A stretch of DNA of 54,224 nucleotides from Bacteroidota bacterium. Its GTDB lineage: Bacteria > Bacteroidota > Bacteroidia > UKL13-3. Positions 9,596 to 19,027 of the stretch are shown in pieces. The first letter of the stretch is position 1. Every line of letters begins with the position of its first letter. The notes beneath the pieces were generated by a model. The model did not search any database, was not told where the DNA came from, and worked only from the letters and a program-made list of their open reading frames with translations. The position numbers and the translations under genes are program-made. The stretch lies in assembly GCA_947459415.1 (NCBI GenBank), contig CANHDN010000003.1:1-54224 (forward strand), in the 5' to 3' direction.

Positions 9596-9850
9596 TTAGA
9601 AGTTTTTTTTTTGAATTTGAGCAGCTACGTTTGGTATTTTTACGGTATAACCCAAATCTTCAATACTTTCTGCCAATTCATTTAACGGCTTTGCGCTTAC
9701 ATTTTCAAATCTAACCTCACCTGTTGCAAAGTTAACATCAACCAACTGCATACCTTGTTTTTCCAAACGTTTTTTTACGCCCATTGCACAATTTGCGCAT
9801 GACATGCCATCTACAAAAAGTTCTTGTAATTGCGTTTGATTTGATTCCAT
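9596..9850 (-). CDS. Heavy-metal-associated (HMA) domain protein, i.e. the detached N-terminal metal-binding domain of CopA (CopZ-like as translated)
   Basis: The GMSCANCAMGVKKRLEKQG segment carries the GMxCxxC motif in a ferredoxin-like HMA layout. The ORF ends 2 codons after an A10 run, one frame away from the ATPase ORF. Confidence 0.85.
   Translation of the reverse strand: MESNQTQLQELFVDGMSCANCAMGVKKRLEKQGMQLVDVNFATGEVRFENVSAKPLNELAESIEDLGYTVKIPNVAAQIQKKNF
9603..9612 (-). repeat. A10 homopolymer (coding strand) at the HMA/ATPase frame junction
   Basis: There are ten consecutive T on the plus strand at 9603..9612. The HMA frame and the ATPase frame differ by one nucleotide across this tract. 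Confidence 0.95.
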
Positions 9851-9854
9851 GATA

Positions 9855-9862
9855 CAAATATA
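9855..9862 (-). promoter_or_regulatory. Bacteroidota -7 promoter element TAtaTTTG upstream of the HMA ORF
   Basis: The reverse complement of CAAATATA is TATATTTG. It lies only 5 nt upstream of the ATG at 9850, which would imply a very short or absent leader. Confidence 0.3.
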
Positions 9863-9955
9863 ATCATTTAATTTGGCTTGAAATTTTTGTTTATAGTTTT
9901 TTAAAAAAAGTAAGGAGCAAAAACTAATTTGCAGCTGATTTAGTTTTTAATTTAT

Positions 9956-10717
9956 ATGAAAGAGAATAAACGCAGTCTGTTATTCATAATATTAGGTAGT
10001 TTTTTTATTGCCAATGCAATTTTAGCCGAATTTATTGGAGTAAAAATATTTTCTCTAGAGAATAGCATGGGGATCAAACAAGTAAATTGGAATATTTTTG
10101 GTTATTCTTTGTCATTCAACATGACTGTTGGAGTCATATTATGGCCAGTGGTATTTATTATGACTGATATTATAAATGAATATTACGGAAAACGTGGAGT
10201 AAAAATATTATCTTATTTGGCAGCCATCTTAATTAGTTATGCATTTTTAGTTGTTTATATTGGTATACAATTAGTACCTGCTAATTTTTGGATAAACCGT
10301 GAAACAAGCCTTGGTAACTTAAATATGCAGCTCGCTTATGAACAAATTTTTGGACAAGGTTTATGGATAATTATAGGATCATTAATTGCATTTTTAATAG
10401 GTCAAATTGCTGATGTAGCAGTATTTCATTACCTTAAAAAGAAAACTGGCGAAAATAAACTTTGGCTCAGAGCAACTGGCTCCACCCTTGTATCTCAGCT
10501 CATTGATAGTTTTGTGGTATTATTTATTGCCTTCTATATTGGTGCAGGATGGGACATTAAATTAGTGCTTGGAATTGGGTTAGTAAATTATATTTACAAA
10601 TTATTTGTTGCACTCGCATTAACTCCAATCCTATATTTTGTACATCGCATCATAGACAATTACCTCGGAAAAGAATTATCGGAGACCATGCTAAGGGATG
10701 CTCATCAGGCTAATTAA
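9956..10717 (+). CDS. yhhQ: Queuosine-precursor transporter, YhhQ/VUT (DUF165) family
   Basis: It is a multi-TM protein. The motifs MTDIINEYYGKRG, GQIADVAVFHYLKKK..LWLRATGSTLVSQLIDSFVVLFIAF and VNYIYKLFVAL parallel conserved blocks of E. coli YhhQ. Confidence 0.8.
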   Translation: MKENKRSLLFIILGSFFIANAILAEFIGVKIFSLENSMGIKQVNWNIFGYSLSFNMTVGVILWPVVFIMTDIINEYYGKRGVKILSYLAAILISYAFLVVYIGIQLVPANFWINRETSLGNLNMQLAYEQIFGQGLWIIIGSLIAFLIGQIADVAVFHYLKKKTGENKLWLRATGSTLVSQLIDSFVVLFIAFYIGAGWDIKLVLGIGLVNYIYKLFVALALTPILYFVHRIIDNYLGKELSETMLRDAHQAN

Positions 10718-10741
10718 GCATAAACAAAATATATTCAATTT

Positions 10742-11557
10742 TTATTTTAGTGCAGATTGATTGTAAAACTGAATGGCTTTTGGCATCCATTTGTTGAGGT
10801 TAGCGATTCGCGTTGATGGACTTGGATGCGTACTCAAAAACTCTGGCGCTCTGCCTCCACCTCCAGCACTCATTCTTTGCCAAAATCCTGGAGCTACTCT
10901 GGGATCATAACCCGCCAATGCCATAAAATATAAACCCAATTCATCTGCTTCAGATTCGTGCAATCTGCTAAAAGGAAGCATTGCTCCTACCTGAGTTCCA
11001 ATGCCATATGCAGTAGTAAATAGTTGTTGTGTTTGTTGGCTTTTATTAGCTAATGCTGCAGACAATGCCACGCCCCCCAATTGTTGCGCTAATCCTTGAC
11101 TCATGCGCTCATTGCCGTGCCTAGCAATGGCATGTGCAATTTCATGACCCATCACAACAGCAACTCCAGCTTCATCTTTACAAATGGGCATAATACCTGT
11201 ATAAAAAACAATTTTACCGCCTGGCATACACCAAGCATTAATTGTTTTATCTTCAACTAAATTAAACTCCCATTTAAATCCTGAAACCCTATCACCCATT
11301 TTATTATTTTGCAAATAGCTTGTGATTGTTTTGGCTAATTTATCTCCTGAACGTTTCACCATAGCCAAATCCTTCCCATTGTTTACCAGCTTATTTGATG
11401 CTAAAAATTGTCTATAACTGGTTAAACTCATGCTCATCAACTCACTTTCTGGAAGTAAACCTAATTGCCTCCTACCGGTAACTGGAACTTTGCTACAAGA
11501 GCTATACAGTATTGTTGATAATATAAATAGTATAAAAAGCTGAATTTTGTTTCTCAT
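10742..11557 (-). CDS. M48 family zinc metallopeptidase, lipoprotein
   Basis: The zinc motif is HEIAHAIARH (HExxH), with a downstream ESEADELG. The likely start is the internal ATG at 11557, giving MRNKIQLFILFILSTILYSSC (lipobox Cys); the track ORF extends to 11587. Confidence 0.85.
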   Translation of the reverse strand: MRNKIQLFILFILSTILYSSCSKVPVTGRRQLGLLPESELMSMSLTSYRQFLASNKLVNNGKDLAMVKRSGDKLAKTITSYLQNNKMGDRVSGFKWEFNLVEDKTINAWCMPGGKIVFYTGIMPICKDEAGVAVVMGHEIAHAIARHGNERMSQGLAQQLGGVALSAALANKSQQTQQLFTTAYGIGTQVGAMLPFSRLHESEADELGLYFMALAGYDPRVAPGFWQRMSAGGGGRAPEFLSTHPSPSTRIANLNKWMPKAIQFYNQSALK

Positions 11558-11609
11558 TAGTGTGATTAATTCTTTATTTCTTCCCATTGAACCCTATCAA
11601 TAAAAAGCA

Positions 11610-12047
11610 TTATTTTTTCTTGCTCAAGTATATCACTCGTTCATTTTGGTTACCACTTCCGGTATCTTTTAAACCAACCAAAACTAATTTATCTTTAGAA
11701 ATAAATTGCACTAAATAATCCATATTTTCCCAATCTATCTCATTAATAAAAAGGTTTTTATTACTAGCAGTGTATTTCCAGGTAATGCCAAAATCTGAAC
11801 CAAGCAAGTTAAGTATACCAGTTTTTAAGTCGCTATTGAATATATAAAATCCATAGTTAAATTCTGTTTCTAATCTAACTTTTAATTTAGAAGGATATAC
11901 ATCATAAACAATAACACTATCTCTGTTCCAAGTACCAACAAAATCAATGCTTGCAGAGGTGTCTGGCGCTGGTGCGTCTGTATTGTCTGGGGCACATGAG
12001 GAAAACAAGATTAAAAAAGCTATCAATAGTTTAGCAGTTACTCGCAT
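11610..12047 (-). CDS. Small lipoprotein, unknown function
   Basis: The likely start is ATG 12047, giving MRVTAKLLIAFLILFSSCAPDN (lipobox). The track ORF extends to 12083. I recognise no family motif. Confidence 0.55.
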   Translation of the reverse strand: MRVTAKLLIAFLILFSSCAPDNTDAPAPDTSASIDFVGTWNRDSVIVYDVYPSKLKVRLETEFNYGFYIFNSDLKTGILNLLGSDFGITWKYTASNKNLFINEIDWENMDYLVQFISKDKLVLVGLKDTGSGNQNERVIYLSKKK

Positions 12048-12130
12048 AATTTTAATTTTGGGTAAAAATAAGATGATAAACAATAAAATAAAATAACCAT
12101 ATACAAACCTTTTTAACTTAATATTGCCTT

Positions 12131-12622
12131 ATGCCATCTTTTGTATACATATTATTAGGTTCAAACCAAGGAAATGCGATAAAGAACCTAAAAACCGCAG
12201 CTAGTTTATTAGAGGAGAAATATGGAAATATTATTCAATACTCGTCGTTTTACCGAACTGAAGCATGGGGAAATACAAAGCAAGCAGCTTTTTTGAATCA
12301 GGTACTTTTACTACAAACAAAATTTACTCCAATGGAATGTTTAGCTATTAACCTAGCTATTGAAAGTAGCATGGGGAGAATACGCAAAGAAAAATGGGAG
12401 CCACGTGTAATTGATATTGATATTTTGTATTTTAACAATGAAATAATTGAAACTCCACAATTAACAATTCCCCACCCTCAAATCGCGAATAGAAGGTTCA
12501 CCTTAATTCCTTTGGCAGAGATTGCACCGAATCTAGTTCATCCACAATTAGGACTGAATAGTGTTGAATTATTAAAATCTTGCCCCGATAAGTTAGAAGT
12601 GGAAAAAATGATTATTAATTAA
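12131..12622 (+). CDS. folK: 2-amino-4-hydroxy-6-hydroxymethyldihydropteridine diphosphokinase (HPPK)
   Basis: VYILLGSNQGN, TEAWG, WEPRVIDIDILYF and IPHPQIANRRF are the typical HPPK blocks. Confidence 0.9.
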   Translation: MPSFVYILLGSNQGNAIKNLKTAASLLEEKYGNIIQYSSFYRTEAWGNTKQAAFLNQVLLLQTKFTPMECLAINLAIESSMGRIRKEKWEPRVIDIDILYFNNEIIETPQLTIPHPQIANRRFTLIPLAEIAPNLVHPQLGLNSVELLKSCPDKLEVEKMIIN

Positions 12623-12649
12623 TGAAGCAATTCCCTCATTTTTGTAAGA

Positions 12650-13297
12650 TTGAATACAGAAAATCCATATCAATTTATAGCTATCGAAGGAAATATTGGC
12701 GTAGGAAAATCAACCTTAGCACAATTCCTTGCGAATGACTGGAATGCACAAATTATCTTGGAAGAATTTGAGGACAATTCATTTTTGCCCAAATTTTACG
12801 AAGATGCAAGAAGATATGCATTCCCACTGGAAATGAGTTTTTTGGCGGCTAGGTTTAATCAATTAAAAACTCAACTAATAAGTCAAGATTTATTCAAACA
12901 AATCAGGGTAAGTGACTACATTTTTGCCAAATGCTTATTGTTTTCTAAAGTAAATCTAGATGAAGATGAATATGAGTTATATCATAAATTATTTCACATC
13001 ATCAATTTGCAATTACCTAAACCAGATTTATTGGTTTATTTGCATTGTCCAATTGAAAAGCTGCAATGGAATATTTCGAATCGCGGTAGAACCTATGAGC
13101 AGCAGATTTCAGATGAATACCTTCAAAATTTGCAGCAAACTTATTTTGATTATTTACAAACTCAAACGGATTTAAAAATCTTGGTTATTGATTGCACAAA
13201 AGCAGATTTTGTTAAAAACAAAATTCATTATGAGCAGATTAAGGATTTTCTTGTTAAAAACTATCCCATTGGAATAACTCAGGTATCAATCAGTTAG
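12650..13297 (+). CDS. Deoxynucleoside kinase (TTG start)
   Basis: The P-loop is IAIEGNIGVGKSTLAQ. The ERS-like block and length match the dNK/dGK family. The nearest upstream ATG is out of frame. Confidence 0.85.
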   Translation: MNTENPYQFIAIEGNIGVGKSTLAQFLANDWNAQIILEEFEDNSFLPKFYEDARRYAFPLEMSFLAARFNQLKTQLISQDLFKQIRVSDYIFAKCLLFSKVNLDEDEYELYHKLFHIINLQLPKPDLLVYLHCPIEKLQWNISNRGRTYEQQISDEYLQNLQQTYFDYLQTQTDLKILVIDCTKADFVKNKIHYEQIKDFLVKNYPIGITQVSIS

Positions 13298-13300
13298 TTT

Positions 13301-13933
13301 ATGATAGAAAAAGCCATTTTTTGCACGGCATACCTTCCTCCCATCGCATGGTTTCAACATGCCCTGCAATCCAAAAATATTGTTATTGAGGCACAAGAAA
13401 ATTTTCAAAAACAAAGCTATAGAAATAGGTGTAAAATTTTATCTGCAAATGGTGTTTTAGATTTAAGCATTCCAATAGCGCATCAAAAACACAAACAAAC
13501 GATAAATGAAGTGTTAACTCAAGAAGATGAACCTTGGAGAAAAATACATTGGCAAGCCATATGTTCTGCTTATGGCAAATCTGCTTTTTTCCTATATTAC
13601 CGAGATGCTTTTGAAAACATCTATTTTAGTAAAGATTTTAATCACTTATTCAACCTGAACCTGCAATTTATTGAATTGATTTTTAAGCTCTTAAAAGTAA
13701 ATTGTGAAATACAATTTTCCACAAAATATGAGAATCAAGTGGGTTTATCTCATGACTGCAGAAATAGTTTTCAAGCTAAAAACCCAAGTTTACAATCCGA
13801 GTTGCTTTTTGAAAAAAAGTACTTTCAAGTTTTTGCTGAAAAATTTGAATTTAAACCCAACCTTTCCATCATTGACTTACTGTTTAATGTTGGACCTCTA
13901 AGTAAAGATTATTTGATAAAGCCTGTTAATTAA
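13301..13933 (+). CDS. WbqC family protein
   Basis: YLPPIAWF...QKQSYRNRCKILSANGVLDLSIPI is the hallmark WbqC-like N-terminal block. Confidence 0.7.
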   Translation: MIEKAIFCTAYLPPIAWFQHALQSKNIVIEAQENFQKQSYRNRCKILSANGVLDLSIPIAHQKHKQTINEVLTQEDEPWRKIHWQAICSAYGKSAFFLYYRDAFENIYFSKDFNHLFNLNLQFIELIFKLLKVNCEIQFSTKYENQVGLSHDCRNSFQAKNPSLQSELLFEKKYFQVFAEKFEFKPNLSIIDLLFNVGPLSKDYLIKPVN

Positions 13934-14003
13934 AGCTTATTTAAAACTTTTAAGTAAAGCATTGGTTTTAAATAGTAGCGTATTTATTAAACGATTAAGC
14001 TGT

Positions 14004-14636
14004 ATGAAAAATCAAATCATCGAAAAGTACATGGATATGTACCTCACTCAAGGCGAAGCACCCAAAAATGTGTATGTTTTTGCAAAAGCATTAAATATTA
14101 CTGAGCAAGAATTTTACGGATTTTTTCCCAGTATAGAGGCTATTGAAGCTTCTATTTTTCAAGAGTGGTTTAAAGGAGTAAAACAGCAGGTGGAATCTTC
14201 AGAATTATTTGTTGGTTATGCTGCTCGCGAGAAATTTTTAGCCATTTACTTTGCTTGGATAGAATCTTTAAAAAATCACCGTAGTTTTGTTGTGGCTCGA
14301 TGGAAAACTCAGTCTAAACATATTTCAATTCCCAAAACTCCAGAATTTTTAAAGCCATTTAAACACGACTTTATCTCCTTTGCTCAAGAAATTCTCAATG
14401 AAGGAATGCAATCAAAAGAAATTACAGAACGTAAATTTTTAAGTGATAAATACGCCGATGCACAATGGTTAAATTTACTATTTATCACTAATTTTTGGGT
14501 GAACGACCATAGCATTAATTTTGAAAAAAGCGATGAAGCTATTGAGAAATCTGTAAATCTTGCTTTTGATTTAATGGGTCAAACCGCCTTAGATTCCATG
14601 CTAAATTTCGGGAAATTTCTATTTCAAAATAGGTAA
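14004..14636 (+). CDS. TetR/AcrR-like regulator (divergent)
   Basis: The likely start is ATG 14004 (the track gives a TTG at 13962). The N-terminal segment KNVYVFAKALNITEQEFYGFFPSIEAI resembles a TetR HTH. The C-terminus is helical. Confidence 0.5.
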   Translation: MKNQIIEKYMDMYLTQGEAPKNVYVFAKALNITEQEFYGFFPSIEAIEASIFQEWFKGVKQQVESSELFVGYAAREKFLAIYFAWIESLKNHRSFVVARWKTQSKHISIPKTPEFLKPFKHDFISFAQEILNEGMQSKEITERKFLSDKYADAQWLNLLFITNFWVNDHSINFEKSDEAIEKSVNLAFDLMGQTALDSMLNFGKFLFQNR

Positions 14637-14638
14637 TA

Positions 14639-15967
14639 ATGGAACAATCAAAAATCCCCTCTACCAAGGTAGAACGGGCAATGCGTTTTGTGAAAACAGG
14701 AGCTCAAATTGGAGGTAATTATATAAAACATTACTCCAAAAAATTGGTTGACCCAAACTTAAGCAGAGAGGAATTACATGAAGACAATGCCACAGATGTT
14801 TATAATGCACTTAGTGAGCTTAAAGGCTCAGCGCTCAAAGTAGCTCAAATGTTGAGCATGGAAAAAAACATCCTTCCTAGACAGTATACCAATAAATTTC
14901 AGATGGCTCAATACAATGCTCCACCCCTTTCTGGGCCGCTTATTGTCCAAACGTTCACTAAACATTTTGGTAAAAGTCCGCAACAATTATTCAGCACATT
15001 TAATATGAAGGCATGCAATGCGGCAAGTATTGGACAAGTGCACGAAGCCACCTTGAAAGAGAAAAAACTAGCAATAAAGATCCAATATCCAGGCGTTGCA
15101 GATAGTATCAAAAGTGATTTAAAAATAGTAAAGCCTATTGCCTTTCGTTTACTTAGCATGAACGAAAAGGAGTTAGACAAATACATTAAAGAAGTAGAAT
15201 CAAAACTATTAGAAGAAACAGATTATGAATTAGAATATCAACGATCTATAGCTATTTCTAATGCCTGTAAACACATCCCTAATTTGTATTTTACCCAATA
15301 CTATCCTGAACTCTCCAGTAAAAGGGTTTTAACCATGGATTGGATGGATGGAATGCATTTAGATGAATATCTAAAAACCAATCCAAGTTCGGAGGAACGC
15401 AATAAAATTGGGCAGGCCATGTGGGATTTTTATGATTTGCAGGTGCATGCCTTAAAGTCTGTTCACGCAGACCCACATCCAGGAAACTTTTTAATAAGAC
15501 CAAATGGAGAATTAGGAGTGATTGATTTTGGATGTGTAAAAGAAATCCCTTCTGATTTCTATCATAATTATTTTGCCTTATTAATACCAGATTTATTAGA
15601 GGAACCAGGTATTATTAGGAAAATCATGCTACAACAAGAAATTATAAATGAAAAAGACTCTTTACCAACACAAGAGAAAATAACTGATGCATTCATGCGA
15701 ATGACCAAACTTTTGGCAACACCATTTTTAGAAGACACCTTTGATTTTGGTAACAATTCATATATTGATCAAATATATGCCTTAGGAGAAGAGGTTAGTA
15801 AAATGGATGAACTAAAAAATTCCAAAGAAGGAAGAGGATCTCAGCATGCCTTGTATATAAACCGAACTTATTTTGGTTTGTATTCTATTTTAAATGTATT
15901 GCAGGCCAAAGTAAGAACTGGGGAAAGAGATTGGAGAAAACCCCTGATAGAATTTCATAGTAAATAA
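14639..15967 (+). CDS. ABC1/UbiB (AarF) atypical kinase family protein
   Basis: GSALKVAQMLS, ASIGQVHEA, LAIKIQYPGV, HADPHPGNF and IDFGCV are the canonical ABC1 kinase-like motifs. Confidence 0.85.
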   Translation: MEQSKIPSTKVERAMRFVKTGAQIGGNYIKHYSKKLVDPNLSREELHEDNATDVYNALSELKGSALKVAQMLSMEKNILPRQYTNKFQMAQYNAPPLSGPLIVQTFTKHFGKSPQQLFSTFNMKACNAASIGQVHEATLKEKKLAIKIQYPGVADSIKSDLKIVKPIAFRLLSMNEKELDKYIKEVESKLLEETDYELEYQRSIAISNACKHIPNLYFTQYYPELSSKRVLTMDWMDGMHLDEYLKTNPSSEERNKIGQAMWDFYDLQVHALKSVHADPHPGNFLIRPNGELGVIDFGCVKEIPSDFYHNYFALLIPDLLEEPGIIRKIMLQQEIINEKDSLPTQEKITDAFMRMTKLLATPFLEDTFDFGNNSYIDQIYALGEEVSKMDELKNSKEGRGSQHALYINRTYFGLYSILNVLQAKVRTGERDWRKPLIEFHSK

Positions 15968-16064
15968 TATACTGTCCTTTAAATAATTGAATAAATTATT
16001 TATGTATTGAATGGTCTAAAATAGTTAATTTCGGACAATTCAATAAAACTATAAATTATCAGGT

Positions 16065-17582
16065 ATGAAAAATACGCTATTCTATTTTCTTACATGTTCA
16101 ATGATTATTTGTTCTGCTCAAGCGCAACCTGCTTTTATAACAGATTCATTGGAAATATACATTCATCGAGAAATGGAAAGATGGCAGGTTCCGGGACTAG
16201 CTTTAGCCATCGTAAAAGATGGAAAAGTAGTTATTACTAAAGGGTATGGTATAAAGGATATCAAAAGTAAAGAGCCTGTTGATGCCTATACCCTATTTCA
16301 AATAGCATCAAACAGTAAAGCATTTACAGGCACTGCCATTGCGCATCTTCACCTTCAAAAAAAAATTAATTTAGATGAAAAAGTAAAAAAATATATGCCG
16401 CAATTTGCCTTAGAAGACACGATTGCAAGTGAATTAACTACGGTTAGAGATTTACTTTGTCATCGCATTGGTTTAGGTACCTTTCAAGGAGATTTTTTAA
16501 ATTGGGGAAGCCAATTAAGTAGGCAAGAAATTATTGCAGGACTGGCAAGAACCAAAGCAAAAAATCCATTTAGATATACCTATGGCTATTGTAATGCGGC
16601 ATATATTACTGCTGGAGAATTAATACCTATCGTATCAGGAAAAAGTTGGGATAACTTTATCAAAGAAAGTTATTTCGACCCATTGCAAATGAAGCATACC
16701 AGTACAACCTATGCTGCGATGCTTAATGATAAAAATGCTTGCACTCCGCATACCTTGGTAAAGCAAAATTTAGTTCGATTACCGCTTACTAACATAGATA
16801 ACATGGGTCCATCAGCTAGCATAAATTCCTGTGCTGCAGATATGGCCAATTGGATACTCATGCAATTAGATAGTGGTAAATTTAATGGAAAAGAAGTGGT
16901 TCCATTTTCTGTGCTAAAAGAAACAAGAAAATCTAACATGATTGTTTCTGATGCATCTTCTAAAATCTTCCCAAGCAAACACTTTGTTACCTATGGACTT
17001 GGCTGGTCTAGTTACGACTTTCATGGTAAAAGAGTCTGGGAACACAGTGGAGGTGCAAATGGCTTTGTTACTAAAACAGAATTTATTCCAGAAGTTAATT
17101 TAGGCATTCTGGTATATACGAATACCGATGCCAATTCTCTATATGACGCACTGGTAAAACAAATTATTGAAGCATATTTAAATGCTCCCTACAAAAATAT
17201 AAGTGAACGCTATTATCAAGCAAGTTTGCCCGGCAAAATTGCTGCTCAAAAAGAATTAGACAGCCTAGAAAATATATCCAATAAAAAAATAAAAACAGAT
17301 TTACCACTTACTGAATATACAGGTATTTACACCAATTCTTTGTATGGAAATATGCAAATTAAATTAGAAAATGCTGGCTTAAAAATGTACTTAAGTAATC
17401 ACCCCAATAATATAGGAATCTTGAAACACATAGGTAACAACAAATTTCTTTGCACCTACACAGATATTACTTGTGGCATTGAGGTTTTACCTTTTACTGT
17501 AGTAGATAATACTGTAAAATCTATACATGTAAAAGTAGCAGATTTCATAGATTATGAAAAGTATGAATTTTTTAAACAATAA
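16065..17582 (+). CDS. Serine hydrolase, beta-lactamase/PBP4* fold, secreted
   Basis: It has a signal peptide and the SxxK motif (ASNSKAF). The Y-x-N region is YCNAAY, and there is an HSGG block plus a C-terminal extra domain. Confidence 0.85.
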   Translation: MKNTLFYFLTCSMIICSAQAQPAFITDSLEIYIHREMERWQVPGLALAIVKDGKVVITKGYGIKDIKSKEPVDAYTLFQIASNSKAFTGTAIAHLHLQKKINLDEKVKKYMPQFALEDTIASELTTVRDLLCHRIGLGTFQGDFLNWGSQLSRQEIIAGLARTKAKNPFRYTYGYCNAAYITAGELIPIVSGKSWDNFIKESYFDPLQMKHTSTTYAAMLNDKNACTPHTLVKQNLVRLPLTNIDNMGPSASINSCAADMANWILMQLDSGKFNGKEVVPFSVLKETRKSNMIVSDASSKIFPSKHFVTYGLGWSSYDFHGKRVWEHSGGANGFVTKTEFIPEVNLGILVYTNTDANSLYDALVKQIIEAYLNAPYKNISERYYQASLPGKIAAQKELDSLENISNKKIKTDLPLTEYTGIYTNSLYGNMQIKLENAGLKMYLSNHPNNIGILKHIGNNKFLCTYTDITCGIEVLPFTVVDNTVKSIHVKVADFIDYEKYEFFKQ

Positions 17583-17610
17583 CAGATTCTAACTACCCAA
17601 AAAACTAATC

Positions 17611-18975
17611 ATGAATGATAATATAATTGAGCAAATTGACTCTCAAAAGAACTTTTTCAAGAGTCATCAAACTAAAAATATTCAATTTAGAATTGAGCAA
17701 TTAAAATCTTTAAAATCGGCAATCATTGCTAGAGAAAAATTCATAACTGATGCACTTTGGCAAGACTTGCACAAATCTTATGAAGAGGCTTATTTAACTG
17801 AGATTAGTCTAGTCATTCAAGAAATAAATTACCACATTAAAAAACTAAAAAATTGGGCTAAACCAAAACGGGTTAATACACCCATTTATCTTTGGCCCTC
17901 AAGAAGTAAATTATATCCAGAACCGCTAGGGATTGCCCTCATTATTTCTCCTTGGAACTACCCTTTTCAGCTCACAATGAGTCCGCTTATTGGGGCTATC
18001 TCAGCTGGTTGCACTGCCGTCTTAAAACCTTCCCCAGATGCACCAAAAACAAGCCAGCTTATGGCCGAACTTATCGCCGATACTTTTTCTAAAAATTATA
18101 TTTCACTGTTTGAAGGTGGAATTGAGGTAAATCAAATGTTATTAAAGCAGCGTTTTGACATTATCTTTTTTACGGGAAGTACACGTGTGGGCAAAATAGT
18201 TTCAAAAGCTGCAGCAGAATTCCTCACTCCTGTTGTGTTAGAATTAGGTGGTAAAAGCCCTTGCATTGTAGACAAGGATGCCAATATTAAACTTGCAGCC
18301 AAAAGAATTATCTGGGGTAAAACACTGAATGCAGGTCAAACATGTATAGCTCCAGATTATATTTATGTGCACAAATCTATCAAGGAGGAACTGGTCAAAG
18401 AAATTAAATCTGCCCTTATAAACATGTTTGGTTCAGACCTAAAAAACAGTGCTTATTACCCAAGAATTATTCATACAGATGCATTTAAGAGATTAAAAAA
18501 CCTGATGCAACATGGAGAAATAAGGATGGGAGGAGAAACGGAAGAATTAGAGAAATTTATTGCTCCCACTTTGTTAGATAATATAAAAACATCAGATGCA
18601 ATTATGCAGGAAGAGATTTTCGGACCACTTCTACCATTATTAACTTTTGAAGACATGAACGAACCATTATCGTACATAAACAATGGTGAAAAACCTTTAG
18701 CGCTATATTATTTTGGATCGAACCAAATGGCCGTTAATATTTTAAACAAAACATCCTCTGGAGGTGCCTGTATCAACGACACCATTATGCATGTATCTAA
18801 CCACCATTTACCCTTTGGTGGCGTAGGCCATAGCGGTCAGGGTAATTATCATGGAAAGAAAAGCTTTGACACTTTTAGTCATTTTAAATCGGTGGTTTAT
18901 ACCCCAACTTTTATAGACTTACCATTTAAATATGCACCTTTCAAATTTTTTAAATTCATTAAAAATATCATTTAA
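17611..18975 (+). CDS. Aldehyde dehydrogenase (class 3-like)
   Basis: LELGGKSP, catalytic Cys (GQTCIAPDY) and EEIFGPLLP are present. The ~454-aa length is typical of the ALDH3 type. Confidence 0.9.
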   Translation: MNDNIIEQIDSQKNFFKSHQTKNIQFRIEQLKSLKSAIIAREKFITDALWQDLHKSYEEAYLTEISLVIQEINYHIKKLKNWAKPKRVNTPIYLWPSRSKLYPEPLGIALIISPWNYPFQLTMSPLIGAISAGCTAVLKPSPDAPKTSQLMAELIADTFSKNYISLFEGGIEVNQMLLKQRFDIIFFTGSTRVGKIVSKAAAEFLTPVVLELGGKSPCIVDKDANIKLAAKRIIWGKTLNAGQTCIAPDYIYVHKSIKEELVKEIKSALINMFGSDLKNSAYYPRIIHTDAFKRLKNLMQHGEIRMGGETEELEKFIAPTLLDNIKTSDAIMQEEIFGPLLPLLTFEDMNEPLSYINNGEKPLALYYFGSNQMAVNILNKTSSGGACINDTIMHVSNHHLPFGGVGHSGQGNYHGKKSFDTFSHFKSVVYTPTFIDLPFKYAPFKFFKFIKNII

Positions 18976-19027
18976 GACTCTTTCATTTATAATTACTTCT
19001 ATTCAACACATTCATATACTCAATTCT

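Noticed and set aside
9851-9955. A possible preQ1 riboswitch upstream of the yhhQ-type transporter. An A/U hairpin (AAAAACTAA 9919..9927 pairing with TTAGTTTTT 9940..9948) and an AAAAACTAA string recall the preQ1-I tail.
   Set aside because: I cannot find the P1 stem or C-rich aptamer core of preQ1-I, II or III. The hairpin is 9 bp of A-U pairs only. A covariance-model scan (Rfam RF00522, RF01054, RF02680) would settle it.
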